Shown piece after piece: positions 37,816-47,915 of a stretch of DNA of 64,000 nt (position 1 is the first letter of the stretch; every line of letters starts with the position of its first letter). The position numbers were made by a program, and so were the translations under genes. The DNA is taken from the NCBI RefSeq assembly GCF_018350175.1, contig NC_058368.1, forward strand, positions 8,866,001 through 8,930,000, in the 5' to 3' direction. This DNA comes from Felis catus (taxonomy: Eukaryota). Below the pieces are notes generated by a model. That model was not told the DNA's origin, made no database searches, and was given only the letters and a program-made list of their open reading frames with translations.

Positions 37816-39891
37816 AAACAGTAGTGGCTATTGCTATTATAATAGTTTAAAGCATTGCTGCATTTTCTGTTATTATTATCATGCCCTTGGTTAACTCCTG
37901 AGTGGCCCGTGCTGGGCCAGGTCACCAGCTGGGCCTTTCTGCCTCTTAGCTGGACAAAAAGGAGCAAACCCAAGTTGAAAGATAGTCCGTTCTGTCTAAT
38001 TGCTGTGGCACCGTTGTGTGCCTGGCGGTCTGTTTTGAGTAATGGTGAAGAAGGCAGAAAATACACAGTTTGACATTTTAGACCTATCCTAGGTGGCGTT
38101 TGCCTGATGCGTCTTTTCACGGTTTTATTTTTTTAACGGAGGGGGAGAGACTTGAAAGAAATGCTTCCTCCGACAGCGCGGACGGGTTTGGGATAGGAGC
38201 CACGTAGCGGTACATTTTTAGAGTCAGGTTCTAGAAGGTGACCGGGCTGCCCAATGGCTGTGTGCCAGGGCCCAGCCGGGTTTGCCCGGGGCTGTGATCT
38301 CCACTCACCAGCTCCTGTGGGTACAGACTCCCACTGCTAACTATGTTGCTCGAATGTACCAGCATTTCCATTTAATGGCACCGTGGGGGGTTTTATGCCT
38401 TAAAAATGAAATTGGAAATAACTGGAAACCAAAAAAAAAAACAAAAACAAAAACAAAAAAAGAGGAAAAGGAAGCCGCCAAAGATGGTTTGTAAAACAGG
38501 ATCCTCTGGCGAAATGAAGAAAGCAGTCAAGCCAGCGTTTCATACGTTACGGTATTTTCATGTGGAATTACATCATTTACAATTCCTGGCTCTTCGTATC
38601 AGTGGGGTGAGGTCACTTCTCATGCTGGCAGAGTTCCTGGGGAGACCCTAGTCCCTGTGTTTCAATGTTACAGAAGTGGCGTCACTGGGCAGAGTATCTT
38701 GGGACACGCTGCGTGGACGAGGCCCCGTCGCTCGCTGCGCTGGGGGCACCGCGAGAAAGCCCACTGCCCTGCACCCTTTGCTCGCCTGCCGCGCTCAGGC
38801 TGGGGTCGCAAGCGAGGTTGAGTGTAGTCGCATCTGCCCTGACGGCCGGGGGGGGGGGGGGGCCGGGAGCCTGGGTCCAGCCAGGGAGAGGCTCTCCACA
38901 GGGGAAAAGACTCCGCCCACACAGCAGCCCACGCCAGGGACATGCGGTCCGGCCCTGAGGCCCGGGAAGGCCAAGGGGAGGAGGCCAGAAGCGAGCAGAG
39001 CAGGAGAGGGGGCTGGCCAGTGGAGGCACCGCTGGCGGGAGAGCTGGAACGAAAGGCGGGGCTGGAGGGGGCAGGGAGATCTGAGCGAGCCGGCAGACAA
39101 GAAAGGCCGTTCAGAAGATGCACGGACACTGTGTAAAGTCCGCGCTTCGTCTTGATGCCAGTGGGGTTTTACACGGAGGGGGTGACGGGGTCGGGTTTGC
39201 GCTTTCGAAGGCTCCCCCTGACTCCACCTTGAGGGCAGAAGGGTCTTACCCCAGACGCCGGGTGCAGGAAAGGGCCAAGCGCGTGGCTAAACTTCAGGGA
39301 GAGGGACCAGGAGAGCTTGCGGACCCCAGGAACATCACGCGGGTGGAATTGGCGGGACTCGAGCCTTGACCCCAAAATTAGTGCGTTTGGTGGCGGGAGG
39401 AGGGGTCTCAGGCAGACGGGGAAGGTCAAGGATGGTTCAATGGTGTAGAAACGAGGGCAGCTCTCCGTTGAGGTAGGTGTCTTGTTCTTCCTAAAGTCAG
39501 GGACTAGATGCCTCCCTCTGGTGGTAGTTTGCCTCTGTGATACTAAATCAGATCATTGAATCAGATATTAAGTAATAATTAATAATAGTTCAATAATGAA
39601 TTCAGATATTAGATCACGAAATGCCTCCCGCCAACAGGCTCCTTATTTGGGGACAAGGGGCAGCATTCTCATCTTGGGAGGTGCTCGGAGTCAGGCTGCC
39701 GGCCCCCAAGTTCTCCCCCAGGGTCGGGATCCTTCATGTGCAGCATGGGTGCTACGTGACCCCCTCTTACCACGTGGGACAGGCAATCCAAGTGGCCTCC
39801 ACCTTGCGGCCCGGCAGGGTGGCCGTTGCCTCATGCTTCCCCGGGCCACAGTGCCTGCGGACCAAGCTGGCCTTCTTGTCATGCCTTGCAG

Positions 39892-39990
39892 GACCAGGTA
39901 CACATGCTGACCTTCCAGAGCCAGTCTCTGCGGGATCGGGCCAGACGCTTTGAGGAGGCCCTGAGGAAGAACACCGAAGAGCAGCTGGAG
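39892..39990 (+). CDS. MTUS2: MTUS2 coding exon (99 nt): [33 protein letters not shown]
   Basis: Acceptor ccttgcAG at 39890-39891, donor GAG|GTAGTC at 39991. Phase 0 to 0. Confidence 0.95.
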
Positions 39991-40403
39991 GTAGTCATAC
40001 CCTCCCCCTTCCCCCCGCCGACCCGGCCTTGTGGCTCCCACAGGGCGCGCCCCCCCCCCAGGAGTCACCTCTGCAGTCTCCCCCGGTGACAGGACCTCTG
40101 GAGCGACAGCTGGCCAGGACACGTCCCCGTCAACGCCTCTCTCCTGACACAGGGGACGGCTGTGGGGTTCTCCGTTGACATGTTATTTTTGCCAGATTCC
40201 ACTCCCCAGCCACCGTCCCTGAGCTGGGCTCCACCCCGCCTGGGAGCTCTCCCCCCGCCCCGCCCCCCGGCTGGGACCCACCCCTCCACTCGTGCTCCCC
40301 CAGCTGTAGTTTAGGCCCGCACAGGAGGTACCCCCGATGGCTGCGTTGGTAACTTGAGGGGAGTTTTTTCCAGGAAAGCTGGCAAAACTCCTTCCCTCTG
40401 ATG

Positions 40404-40596
40404 GAGAGTCGCCAGATAACATACATGACGCCAGTTTAATGTGAATTATAAATAAGTGAATTTTTTTTTAGCATAAATACATCCCATGTGATACTGACAC
40501 TTAAAAAAAAAAAAAAACAAGGCGGTGTATCTGGAATTCAACCTTAAGTCAATGTCCTGTATTTTGTTGTTGAGTTATTGCATCTTGGCAACCTTA
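40404..40596. mobile_element. MER53-like palindromic hAT MITE
   Basis: Inverted ends gagagtcgccagata / cttggcaacctta, and inner inverted arms atacatgac..gtgaatt / gaattcaa..gtcctgtatttt. Confidence 0.65.
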
Positions 40597-41091
40597 CTCT
40601 AGCGTTTGTTTTTCTGAAACGCCTTTTCTGCTTTCAGAACCACTTTGCTCACTTCCTATGCAAGAATCCCTCCCTCACACACACCCCCAACTCCCCGTGG
40701 ACACAGGAGAGACCTGTGACTCCTGGCCTGTCTGCTGAATGAAGTGGTCTGGGCCAATGTTAAAAGTCAATGTCGAGTTTGCTCTTTTTCCTCCATGAGC
40801 TCCCTTTGGGGGATGGGCTGGCAGCCTCCAGCCACCCCAGCCTCCGGGCTGGTCAGTGGATGATGGCCTTACCTCTCTCATTCCCCGGGGAGCTCGGCCT
40901 CTCGTGGCATATCCAGGGGGAGAGCAGCGGGCATCTACATCAGGGAAGGCCGTGATGCGCCCATGCTGACACTCCGGGGCCTCCTAGGAAGCTTGTTATG
41001 GAAGGCCAGATTTAACCGGATTCACGGCACCGGTGCATACTGGGCTGTGCTGGGACCGCTGGTGACCGGCTCTCGCTCTCTGCCGTTGTAG

Positions 41092-41211
41092 ATTGCACTG
41101 GCTCCCTATCAGCACTTGGAAGAAGACATGAAGAGTTTGAAGCAGGTGTTAGAGATGAAGAATCAGCAAATACACCAGCAGGAAAAGAAGATCATTGAGC
41201 TAGAAAAACTG
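41092..41211 (+). CDS. MTUS2: MTUS2 coding exon (120 nt): [40 protein letters not shown]
   Basis: Acceptor ccgttgtAG at 41090-41091, donor CTG|GTGAGT at 41212. Phase 0 to 0. Confidence 0.96.
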
Positions 41212-41379
41212 GTGAGTCGGCCTGCGTCCTTGGGAGAGCTCCAGTCACCTGAATGGTATGCCTTACTGGCATCATGGAGTCACAGCCTGCAGACGGTGGG
41301 CCCTTCCCTGTCCATTGCTTACACCTGAGCAGAAATGCCACGGTTGGTCTCCAGGCCTTTCTTAGGAAGCCAGGAGTTT

Positions 41380-41389
41380 CCTTTATTTA

Positions 41390-41429
<40 letters not shown>

Positions 41430-41628
41430 ATATGCACATATGTATATGTAAATATGTATTTTTTTTGAGGGGGCGGGCAGGGGCAGAGAGAGAGGGGAAC
41501 AGAGAATCCAAAGCAAGCTCTGCACTGAGAGCGGTGAGCCCGACTTGGGGCTCAAACTCAAAAACCGCGAGATCATATACCCTGAGCCGAAGTCCGATGC
41601 TCAACCGTCCCAGCCACCCAGGCGCCCC
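41380..41628 (-). mobile_element. CAN-SINE with (TG)n/(TA)n tail
   Basis: Reverse-complement head at 41628. TSD ggaagccaggagtt. Confidence 0.92.
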
Positions 41629-43724
41629 TGGGAAGCCAGGAGTTCTAATAAGGGAACTGAAGTGGCTTCATTCTGTGCAACTGGGAGCCCTCCTGATGGC
41701 CTGTCTCCAGCCCCCCCCCCACCGGCCTTCCTGCCCTGGGGGAGTGCTGCTTCCTCCCTCCTCCCTGGGGGGATGGGTGGCCAGACTGAGCAGAGCACTT
41801 TCCATATGTTGGTTCTTCTACCCACTGGAGCGATCCACTGGAGCGGGTGTTGTCAGGAGCCTCATTTCGCAGACGTATATGCAGACGTATAGGAAGGGGG
41901 TGTATCTCACCCAGAGCCCGTAAGTGGCCCGCCCGGGCTCCCGTCCCTGCCCTTGCGGCCCTCTGCCTCCCCCTTCAGCCCGGTTGCCATGGAACTGGCA
42001 AAGGGGCCCACTGGAGAAACAGAGCGCCCCAGAGCTCACTCCCCTCCCCTGCAGGCACAAGGGTCATACAAGGGCTGGAGCTGGAGACAGTCGTCAGAGT
42101 CACTAAGCAGAGCAGCCTGCTTCCAAGGAGACACCGTCTGGAGGTGGAGGTTGGCCTCGGGGGTCTCAGATCGCTGTTCTTCCTTTTTGATTGCTATATT
42201 CAAAATTAACTTTGACGCTGTAGAGAGAAAATACGGGCATTATAAAAAAATTATGAGATAGACGCAAATAAGGAGATTAAGATATCTTTCCAACCACGGC
42301 TAATGCTTTCCAGAGTTTTTGCTCTGTACGGTGTGCCCCCCCCCCCCCGACCCCACGTGCAGATGGTCGTATCCTGCTCTCTTCCAGCGAGCAGACCTTT
42401 AACTTGCCATCTCGGGGATGGATCATCTCATCTTACCTTTGAACGTTTGTCCCTGTTTGTCTCTGAGATATCCCTTGCCGCGGCTTTTCCCACACCAGGG
42501 GCTGATCTAGGACCACGTGCCGTATTCGGCCATCATGTCCTCTCTATCTAGCACCTCTGCTTTGTGAGGCGTCCCTCGCTGTATGGCGTAGGATGGGGGC
42601 AGACTGGGGTGTGACTGTCCATAGCCAGCATCCTGGGCGATGGTGACCACGTGGAGCTTCCCAGCAATGTCAGAGCCCTGCCCTTCCGAGCCGTGCCATG
42701 CAGCCCGGCTCACGTGGAGACCCACGACCCTCCGCCCCCAGGCTGGGCCATCTGCATTCAGTTGTCTGGTCACCCACCAGCCTCGGGGTTTATTTGGCTG
42801 TTCTTAGCCATGTGCCAGGCATTTTGCCAGCATGCATGACTTCTCCTTGCAGAAACCTTTCAGCATTAAAAAAAAAAAAAAGACCAATTTAGTCACTTCC
42901 CATTCCTTGGGAGCACAGATGCAGGCTGAAGACAAGGGCCTGACTAAAGAGCTACGACAGAGCCCAGCCCGTTGGCTCTGACTCCCAGCCCTGTTCGTGG
43001 GAGGGTGACAGTTCTCTTCCGAGATCAACTCCCCAGCGGTGAATTTGTCATTTTCTTTTCAAAACAAAATTTACTTCTGAATTTATCTTAGAATGGAACT
43101 TCAGCAGGGCCCTGGGGGACACACGGACAGAGAAAAAGGCGTAAGTTGCAGGGTGATACTAACCATCGATGGCGTTAGTTTCTGATAATGTACCGAGCCA
43201 GTCTCGGGCTTTGGGTTCCTGGCTGCCCGTACCCTCAGAAGGAAAAAATGCGTCCGTGCTATTTGTATTCCCACCCCTCCATTAATTCAGAATGTCATAT
43301 TGTGCAAACACACCGGGCCAGGGATTGTGACGTAGTGCAGTTGACCCATCAGGAAGAACCCGGGGACCCGTCAGCCACCCTAGGTCCCAGCGGTGTTCGC
43401 AGCTCCCCTCTGACAACAGGGACACCCCCCACGAGAAATGTATTCTACACGGGAACCTGATGTATGCACACACGTGCACGGTAGAGGTAAAAAAAAATGT
43501 TTATATCTAAAATATGTGTAACAATAATAGTTTTATTACCACGTATGGTTTGCACTCTGGTATTTTCTGTCCTGTTCTGTTTAAAAGACACAGGCTGCTC
43601 ACATCCCTCTAACTTGATTCTGTAATCACTAAGGCATCGCAAACTGCAGTCTGCCAAGCACTGTTCTTGACAACCAAAGCCCAGAAGCCTTGCTGAGAAC
43701 CTCTTAACACTGTGTCTTTTATAG

Positions 43725-43822
43725 GCGGAAAAGAACATTATTCTAGAAGAAAAGATCCAGGTTCTCCAGCAGCAGAACGAAGACCTCAAAGCAAGGATCG
43801 ACCAGAACACCGTTGTCACAAG
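43725..43822 (+). CDS. MTUS2: MTUS2 coding exon (98 nt): [32 protein letters not shown](R)
   Basis: Acceptor tcttttatAG at 43723-43724, donor AAG|GTAGGG at 43823. Phase 0 to 2. Confidence 0.96.
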
Positions 43823-44457
43823 GTAGGGGGGCCCGGCTGTGTGAGCTTCCTAAAGCATGTGTCACCTACAAAGTGGCTTTGCCGTAGCACTTCTTTGAGG
43901 GCTCTGTTTTTGTCCCAGCATCCAATTTGCCTCACTCCTCTGAGCTGTGAGGCCTTCCCCACGCAGGCTCTCGGCCTTTCTCGTATGAAGAGAAGGACAA
44001 AACACACCACCACGTATGCCACCCGGCCTGTGCCCTGGGTCTGCATCTCGGTTGTCCCCACTTTGGGGGAAACGAGCGAAATCGGCAGAGATGCGTGGCA
44101 GGGGTCTCCAACGCAGCTGGGAGGTGGAAGGTTCCTTTCTGGGCGTTTTGGAGAGACCTGCCAGCTGAGCGTCCCCAGGGAAAGGAGAAGACCCACCTAA
44201 GCAGCCCCTGAGCCGCGTCAGCCGAGCTGGGCAGAGCCGTGGGGGGGCCCTCGGCCGCTGAGCCGTTCTCCTGGGCCGGCCCGGCCAGCGGACAGCGGGG
44301 GGGTGCAGAAGCCAGAGGGAAGCCGTGTAGCCGAACGCGGCTAGCTATTCTGGGTAATAGCGTTCCCCTCTCAGTCCCCTGCTCGGAGGTGCTCCAACTC
44401 TCAAGGAAGGATGTGGAGTAAAGCAGGGTTGGGGCTCGGTCGGCCCGCGGGAGGTTA

Positions 44458-46540
44458 TAGGCATACCTCGGAGATACTGTAGTTTCAGTTCCAGACCACC
44501 CCAAGACAGCAAGTGTCGCAGGGAAGCAGCCAAATGAATTTTCCCCAAATGAGGGGTTTCCCAGTCCGTATAAAAGGGAAGTTTACACTCTCCTGTAATC
44601 TGTTAAGTGTGAAATACCATTGTGTCTAAAAACCCAACGGACATGCCTTACCTTAAAAATACTTTATTGCCAAAAAATGCAAACCATCATCTAAAGTTTC
44701 AGTGAGTCAGAATCTTTTAGCTGGTGGAGGGTCTTGCCTCAATGTTGATGGCCGCTGACCGATCAGGGTGGGCTTCCTGAAGGCTGGGGTGGCCGTGGCA
44801 GTTTCTTAAGACGACAGTGAATTTTGCCTCCTCGATGGACTCTTCCTTTCACGAACGACTGCTCTGTAGCCTGTGATGCTGTTTGGTAGCATTTCACCGA
44901 CAGTAGAACTTCTTTCAAAACTGGAGGTAGTCCTCTCAAATCCTGCTGTTGCTTTACCTACTAAGTTTGTGCAATATTCCAAATCCCTTGTCGCTTCAAC
45001 AAGCTTCACAGCGTCTTCGGCAGGAGCAGAGTCCGTCTCGAGAAACCACGATTCTTGCTCAGCCCCGAGAAGCAGTCCTCACCCGATCACGTCCTGTCAC
45101 GAGATCGCGGCAACGCCGTCCACCTTCAGGCCCCTCTTCTCGTCCTGGTTCTCTCGCTGTTTCCACCACATCCGCAGCGACTGCCTCCACTGACGTCCTG
45201 AACCCCCCAAAGTCATCCCGAGGGTGGGAATCAACTTCTTCCAAACGCCTGCGAGTGTTGACATTTTGACCCCTTCCCACGACTCGTGAATGTTCTTAAT
45301 GACCTCTAGAACGGTGAATCCTTTCCAGAAGGTTTTCAACCGATTTTGCCCAGATCTGTCAGAGGAATCACTCCCTATGGCAGCTAGAGGCTTACCAAAC
45401 GCATTTCTTCAAGAATAAGACTTGAAAGTCAAAATGACTTCTTGATCCATGGGCTGCAGAATGGATGTTGTGGTAGCAGGCAAGGAAACAACATTAATCT
45501 TGTTCGACATCTCCATCAGAGCTCTTGGGTGACCAAGCGCATCGTCAACGAGCAGTAATATTTTGAAAGGAATCATTTTTCTGAGGGGCAGATCTCAAGA
45601 GTGGGCTCCAAATATTCAGTAAACCGTGTTGTAAACAGATGTGCTGTCATCCAGGCTTTGCTGTTCCATTTATAAAGCACAGAGTGGATTTAGCATGATT
45701 CTGAAGGGCCCCGGGATTTTCGGGACGGTCCGTGAGCGCTGGCTTCAACTTGGGTCGTCAGCTGCGTTAGCCTCTTACGAGCACGTCATCTGTTCTTTGA
45801 AGCTTTGAAGCCAGGCACTGACTTCCATCTCTGGCTGTGAAAGTCCTCGATGGCATCTTCTGCCAACAGAAGGCTCTTTTGTCTACACTGAAAACCTGTT
45901 GTGCAGTGTAGCCACCTTCATGAATTGTCTTAGCCAGACCTTCTGGGTAACTTGCTGCACCAACACTTGCTGCTTCACCTTGAACTTCTAGGTTATGGAG
46001 ATGGCTTCCTTCATTAGCCTCATGAACCCACCTCCATAGCTTCAGACTCTTCTTCTACAGCTTTCTCACCTCTCTCTGCTTTCACAGAATTGAAGGGAGT
46101 TAGGGCCTTGCTCTGGAGTAGGCTTTGGCTTAAGGGGATGCTGCGGCTGGTTTGATCTTTTATTCGGACCACCCACACTTTCTCCGCATCAGCAAGAAGG
46201 CCGTTTCACTTTCCTATCGTTTGTGTGTTCGCTGAGGTGGCACTTCTAACGTACCTTCAAGAACCTTCCCTTTGCACTCACAACTTGGCTGCCCATTTGA
46301 CGCAAGAGGCACAGCTCTCAGCATGTCGAGGCATTCAACGTGCCTTCCTCGCTACCCTTTTGACTTCAAGTGAGAAATGTGTTACTCTCCCTTTCGCTTG
46401 GACACTTGGAGGCCATTGTAGGGTCATTCTCTGGTCTAACTTCAATACTGGCGTGTCTTGGGGAACAGGGAGGCCCAAGGAGAGGGAGGGGGACAGGGGA
46501 GTGTCTGGCTGGTGGACAGAATAGTCAGTATGCACGAAAC
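44458..46540 (-). mobile_element. Tigger1-family (TcMar/pogo) DNA transposon, ~2.1 kb, decayed; one TIR retained, 5' end missing
   Basis: TA followed by (T)AGGCATACCTCGGAGATA..GTTCCAGACCACC, the Tigger1 3' terminus. Minus-strand ORF fragments KTFWKGFTVLEVIKNIHESWEGVKMSTLAGVWKKLIPTL and LEYCTNLVGKATAGFERTTSSFERSSTVGEML match the recalled Tigger1 transposase C-terminus; the fragments are frameshifted. Confidence 0.92.
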
Positions 46541-46543
46541 ATC

Positions 46544-46775
46544 GGGGCGCCTGGGTGGCCCAGTCGGTTGAGCGTCCGACTTCGGCTCAGGTCATGATCT
46601 CGCCCTCCGTGGGTTCGAGCCCCGCGTCGGGCTCTGTGCCGACGGCTCAGAGCCTGGAGCCTGCTTCGGATCCTGTGTCTCCCTCTCTCTCTCTGCCCCT
46701 CTCCTGCCCATGCTCTCTCTCTGTCTCAAAAATAAAAACATTAAAAATAAAATAAAATAAAATAAAATAAAATAA
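46544..46775 (+). mobile_element. CAN-SINE at the truncated end of Tigger1
   Basis: Canonical head, (TAAAA)n tail. TSD cacgaaaca. Confidence 0.95.
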
Positions 46776-47701
46776 CACACGAAACACACGCACGCATGCA
46801 CGCACACACAGCATCCGCAGCTGAGCTCCTGGTGCTGGCATTTCATTACCACCGCAGAAGTTCACGGGGGAGACTGTGCAGGGAGCAGGTCTTTGACCTC
46901 CCCTCCAGCAGGGGCGGCAAGACCCCACTGCTGACGCGAGCGAGGTGACTTCCCAGGCTCAGTCCAGCCAGGTGCAAAACACCTGTGTCCTTATCCCGGT
47001 CAGGTCCTCAAAGGCCCCGTCAGTTTTTAATGCCACAAAGCAAGCAACTCACACTTCCTGCAGACGGCACAGACCGCATCCATTCATTCTTCATCAGGCG
47101 TCCCTCGTCAGCAGACGTTCACGGAGCGTCTGCTGTGGCCGGGCCCCAGGCTGGATGCCGGGGACTCAGAGAAGAAGGCTGTGGCCCCTGTCCTCGAGGG
47201 CGCCTAGCCCAGCAGGCAGGCCGACGCACCGAGCGTTTGCAGCAAGGGAAGGCAGGTTGCTCTCCTGGAGACCCAGGCCAGGGGCGGGGAGGCCGAGATT
47301 TGCCCCGAGGCCGACAGCACCGTCCCTGGGCTGTCCTTGTCGGTCGCCACTGTCTGTGAGCCTCCTGGGCGGCACACCCACACCAGCCCCCCACTCCTCT
47401 CCCGTCCTCTTCTGCCTTGGCATCTGCTCTGTCCACCGGACAGCCAGCGCCTCCCCCTGACCGGGCAGAGGGACTGGGAGCCAACCGGGTGTCGGCGGAG
47501 AGACTCTGGGAACAGACGTGTCCGTGGGATGAGCGGAACTCACGTTTCAACCCGAGGTTCTTGGTCACCGTGGTCCCCCTTGTCCCTGTCCCCCCACGTA
47601 CAGCCCCCTCGCTTGCCTCAAACCCACTGGCCTGGCGGATCTCAAGGTAGGTGCCTTCCGGCGTGACTGCTACTCGATCGTTTCTTACTCTCTTCCCGCA
47701 G

Positions 47702-47915
47702 ACAACTGTCGGAGGAAAATGCCAATCTCCAGGAATACGTGGAGAAAGAAACCCAGGAGAAGAAGAGACTGAGCCGAACCAACGAAGAGCTGCTTTGGAA
47801 GCTCCAAACCGGGGACCCGACCAGCCCGGTTAAACTGTCCCCCACATCCCCTGTTTACCGCGGCTCCTCCTCGGGGCCCTCCTCTCCCGCCAGAGTCAGC
47901 ACGACGCCCAGATGA
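47702..47915 (+). CDS. MTUS2: MTUS2 terminal exon, coding part: (R)[70 protein letters not shown]
   Basis: Acceptor tcttcccgcAG at 47700-47701, TGA at 47913-47915. Has the EELLWKL motif and Ser/Pro tail typical of MTUS1/MTUS2. Confidence 0.96.

Noticed and set aside
44806..46400. Domesticated TIGD-like transposase gene
   Set aside because: The transposase is broken into short frameshifted fragments with stops, so it is a fossil.
3692..46755. Recurrent short ORF family (MAQSVKRPTSAQVMISR...)
   Set aside because: These are translations of SINE copies, not a protein family.
1085..46775. tRNA genes suggested by A-box (TGGCTCAGTCGG) and B-box (GTTCGAGCCC) motifs
   Set aside because: All are tRNA-derived CAN-SINE heads followed by SINE body, (CT)n and A tail, usually with TSDs.
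47644..47652. Donor-like AAG|GTAGGT 55 nt upstream of the last MTUS2 acceptor
   Set aside because: The resulting intron would be shorter than the usual mammalian minimum and I see no supporting upstream exon.
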